Under the pieces are notes generated by a model, which saw nothing but the letters and a program-made list of their open reading frames with translations, searched no databases and was not told the DNA's origin. DNA of 64,000 nucleotides from Balanoglossus misakiensis (taxonomy: Eukaryota; Animalia; Hemichordata). Both the position numbers and the translations under genes were made by a program. Of this stretch, positions 63,001-64,000 are shown piece after piece. The DNA lies in assembly GCA_040954595.2 (NCBI GenBank), contig CM082582.2, positions 1,470,203 to 1,534,202 on the forward strand, read 5' to 3'. Position 1 is the stretch's first letter. The number at the start of each line of letters is the position of its first letter.

Positions 63001-64000
63001 GTCATTTTTTGATGATTTTCACCCATGATTTTTTTCAAAAATCAACGAAATTTTGAGATTTTGCAAAGTCGAAAATTTGTCATTTTTAGATGATTTTCAC
63101 CCGTCTTTTTTCAAAAAATCGACGAAATTTTGAGATTTTGCAAAAAGGAAAATTTGTCAATTTTTGATAATTTTCAACAATGATTTATTTCAAAAATCGA
63201 CGAAATTTTGAGATTTTGCAGTCGAAAATTTGTCATTTTTTGATGATTTTCCCCCATGATTTTTTTCAAAAATCGACGAAATTTTGAGATTTTGCAAAGT
63301 TGAAAATTTTTCAAAAATCGACGAAATTTATAGATTTTGCAAAGAGGAAAATTTGTCATTTTTTGATGATTTTCACCCATGATTTTTTCAAAAATTGACG
63401 AAATTTTGAGATTTTGCAAAGTCGAAAATTTGTCATTTTTTGATGATTTTCACACATGATTTTTTTCAAAAATCGACGAAATTGTGAGATTTTGCAAAGA
63501 CGAAAATTTGTCATTTTTTGATGATTTTTACCCATGATTTTTTTTCAAAAATGGACGAAATTTTGAGGTTTTGCAAAGTCGAAAATTTGTCATTTTTTGA
63601 TGATTTTCACACATGATTTTTTTCAAAAATCGACGAAATTGTGAGATTTTGCAAAGACGAAAATTTGTCATTTTTTGATGATTTTTACCCATGATTTTTT
63701 TTCAAAAATGGACGAAATTTTGAGGTTTTGCAAAGTCGAAAATTTGTTATTTTTTGATGATTTTCACCCATGTCTTTTTTTAAAAATCGACGAAATTTTG
63801 AGATTTTGCAAAGAGGAAAATTTGTCATTTTTTCATGATTTTCCCCCATGATTTTTTTCAAAAATCGACGAAATTTTGAGATTTTGCAAAGTCGACGAAA
63901 ATGTGTCATTTTTTGATGATTTTCAACCGTTTTTTTTCAAAATTTGTCAGTTTTTGATGATTTTCACCCATGTTTTTTTTTTAAAAAATCGACGAACCAA
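48001..64000. repeat. 78-bp AT-rich satellite DNA array with higher-order repeats, continuing beyond the window
   Basis: Monomer cccatgatttttttcaaaaatcgacgaaattttgagattttgcaaagtcgaaaatttgtcattttttgatgattttca, with ~76-79-bp variants; about 200 monomers, estimated from length. Confidence 0.98.

Noticed and set aside
47961-63909. Many K/F/I-rich ORFs (MGENHQKMTNFRLCKISKFRRFLKK...)
   Set aside because: These are translations of the 78-bp satellite, and frames are broken constantly by homopolymer indels.

Overview
AT-rich, repeat-dense animal genomic DNA with GT-AG introns. The gene and repeat types suggest a marine invertebrate, possibly a deuterostome, but this is inference. Nearly all ORFs in the supplied track are spurious repeat translations. 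Main contents: (1) a 16-exon minus-strand gene (41949 to 22551) encoding C-type lectin - CUB x3 - Sushi/CCP x4 - EGF-Ca x2, closely resembling the N-terminal part of arthropod Uninflatable. All its visible lesions fall in CUB1, CUB2 and CCP1, and the expected LDLa exon is missing, while the other 11 exons are intact and splice together in frame. (2) An 8.2-kb composite minisatellite (90-bp and 74-bp units with higher-order repeats) at 13447-21695, just past the last visible exon. (3) A decayed 5'-truncated CR1/L2-group LINE interrupted by a young TTAA-flanked 795-bp DNA transposon. (4) A >=16-kb 78-bp satellite with hierarchical higher-order repeats running off the right end. (5) Many MITEs, Helentron/HINE-like elements and hairpin-ended elements. 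No CRISPR array, rRNA or convincing tRNA gene was found.
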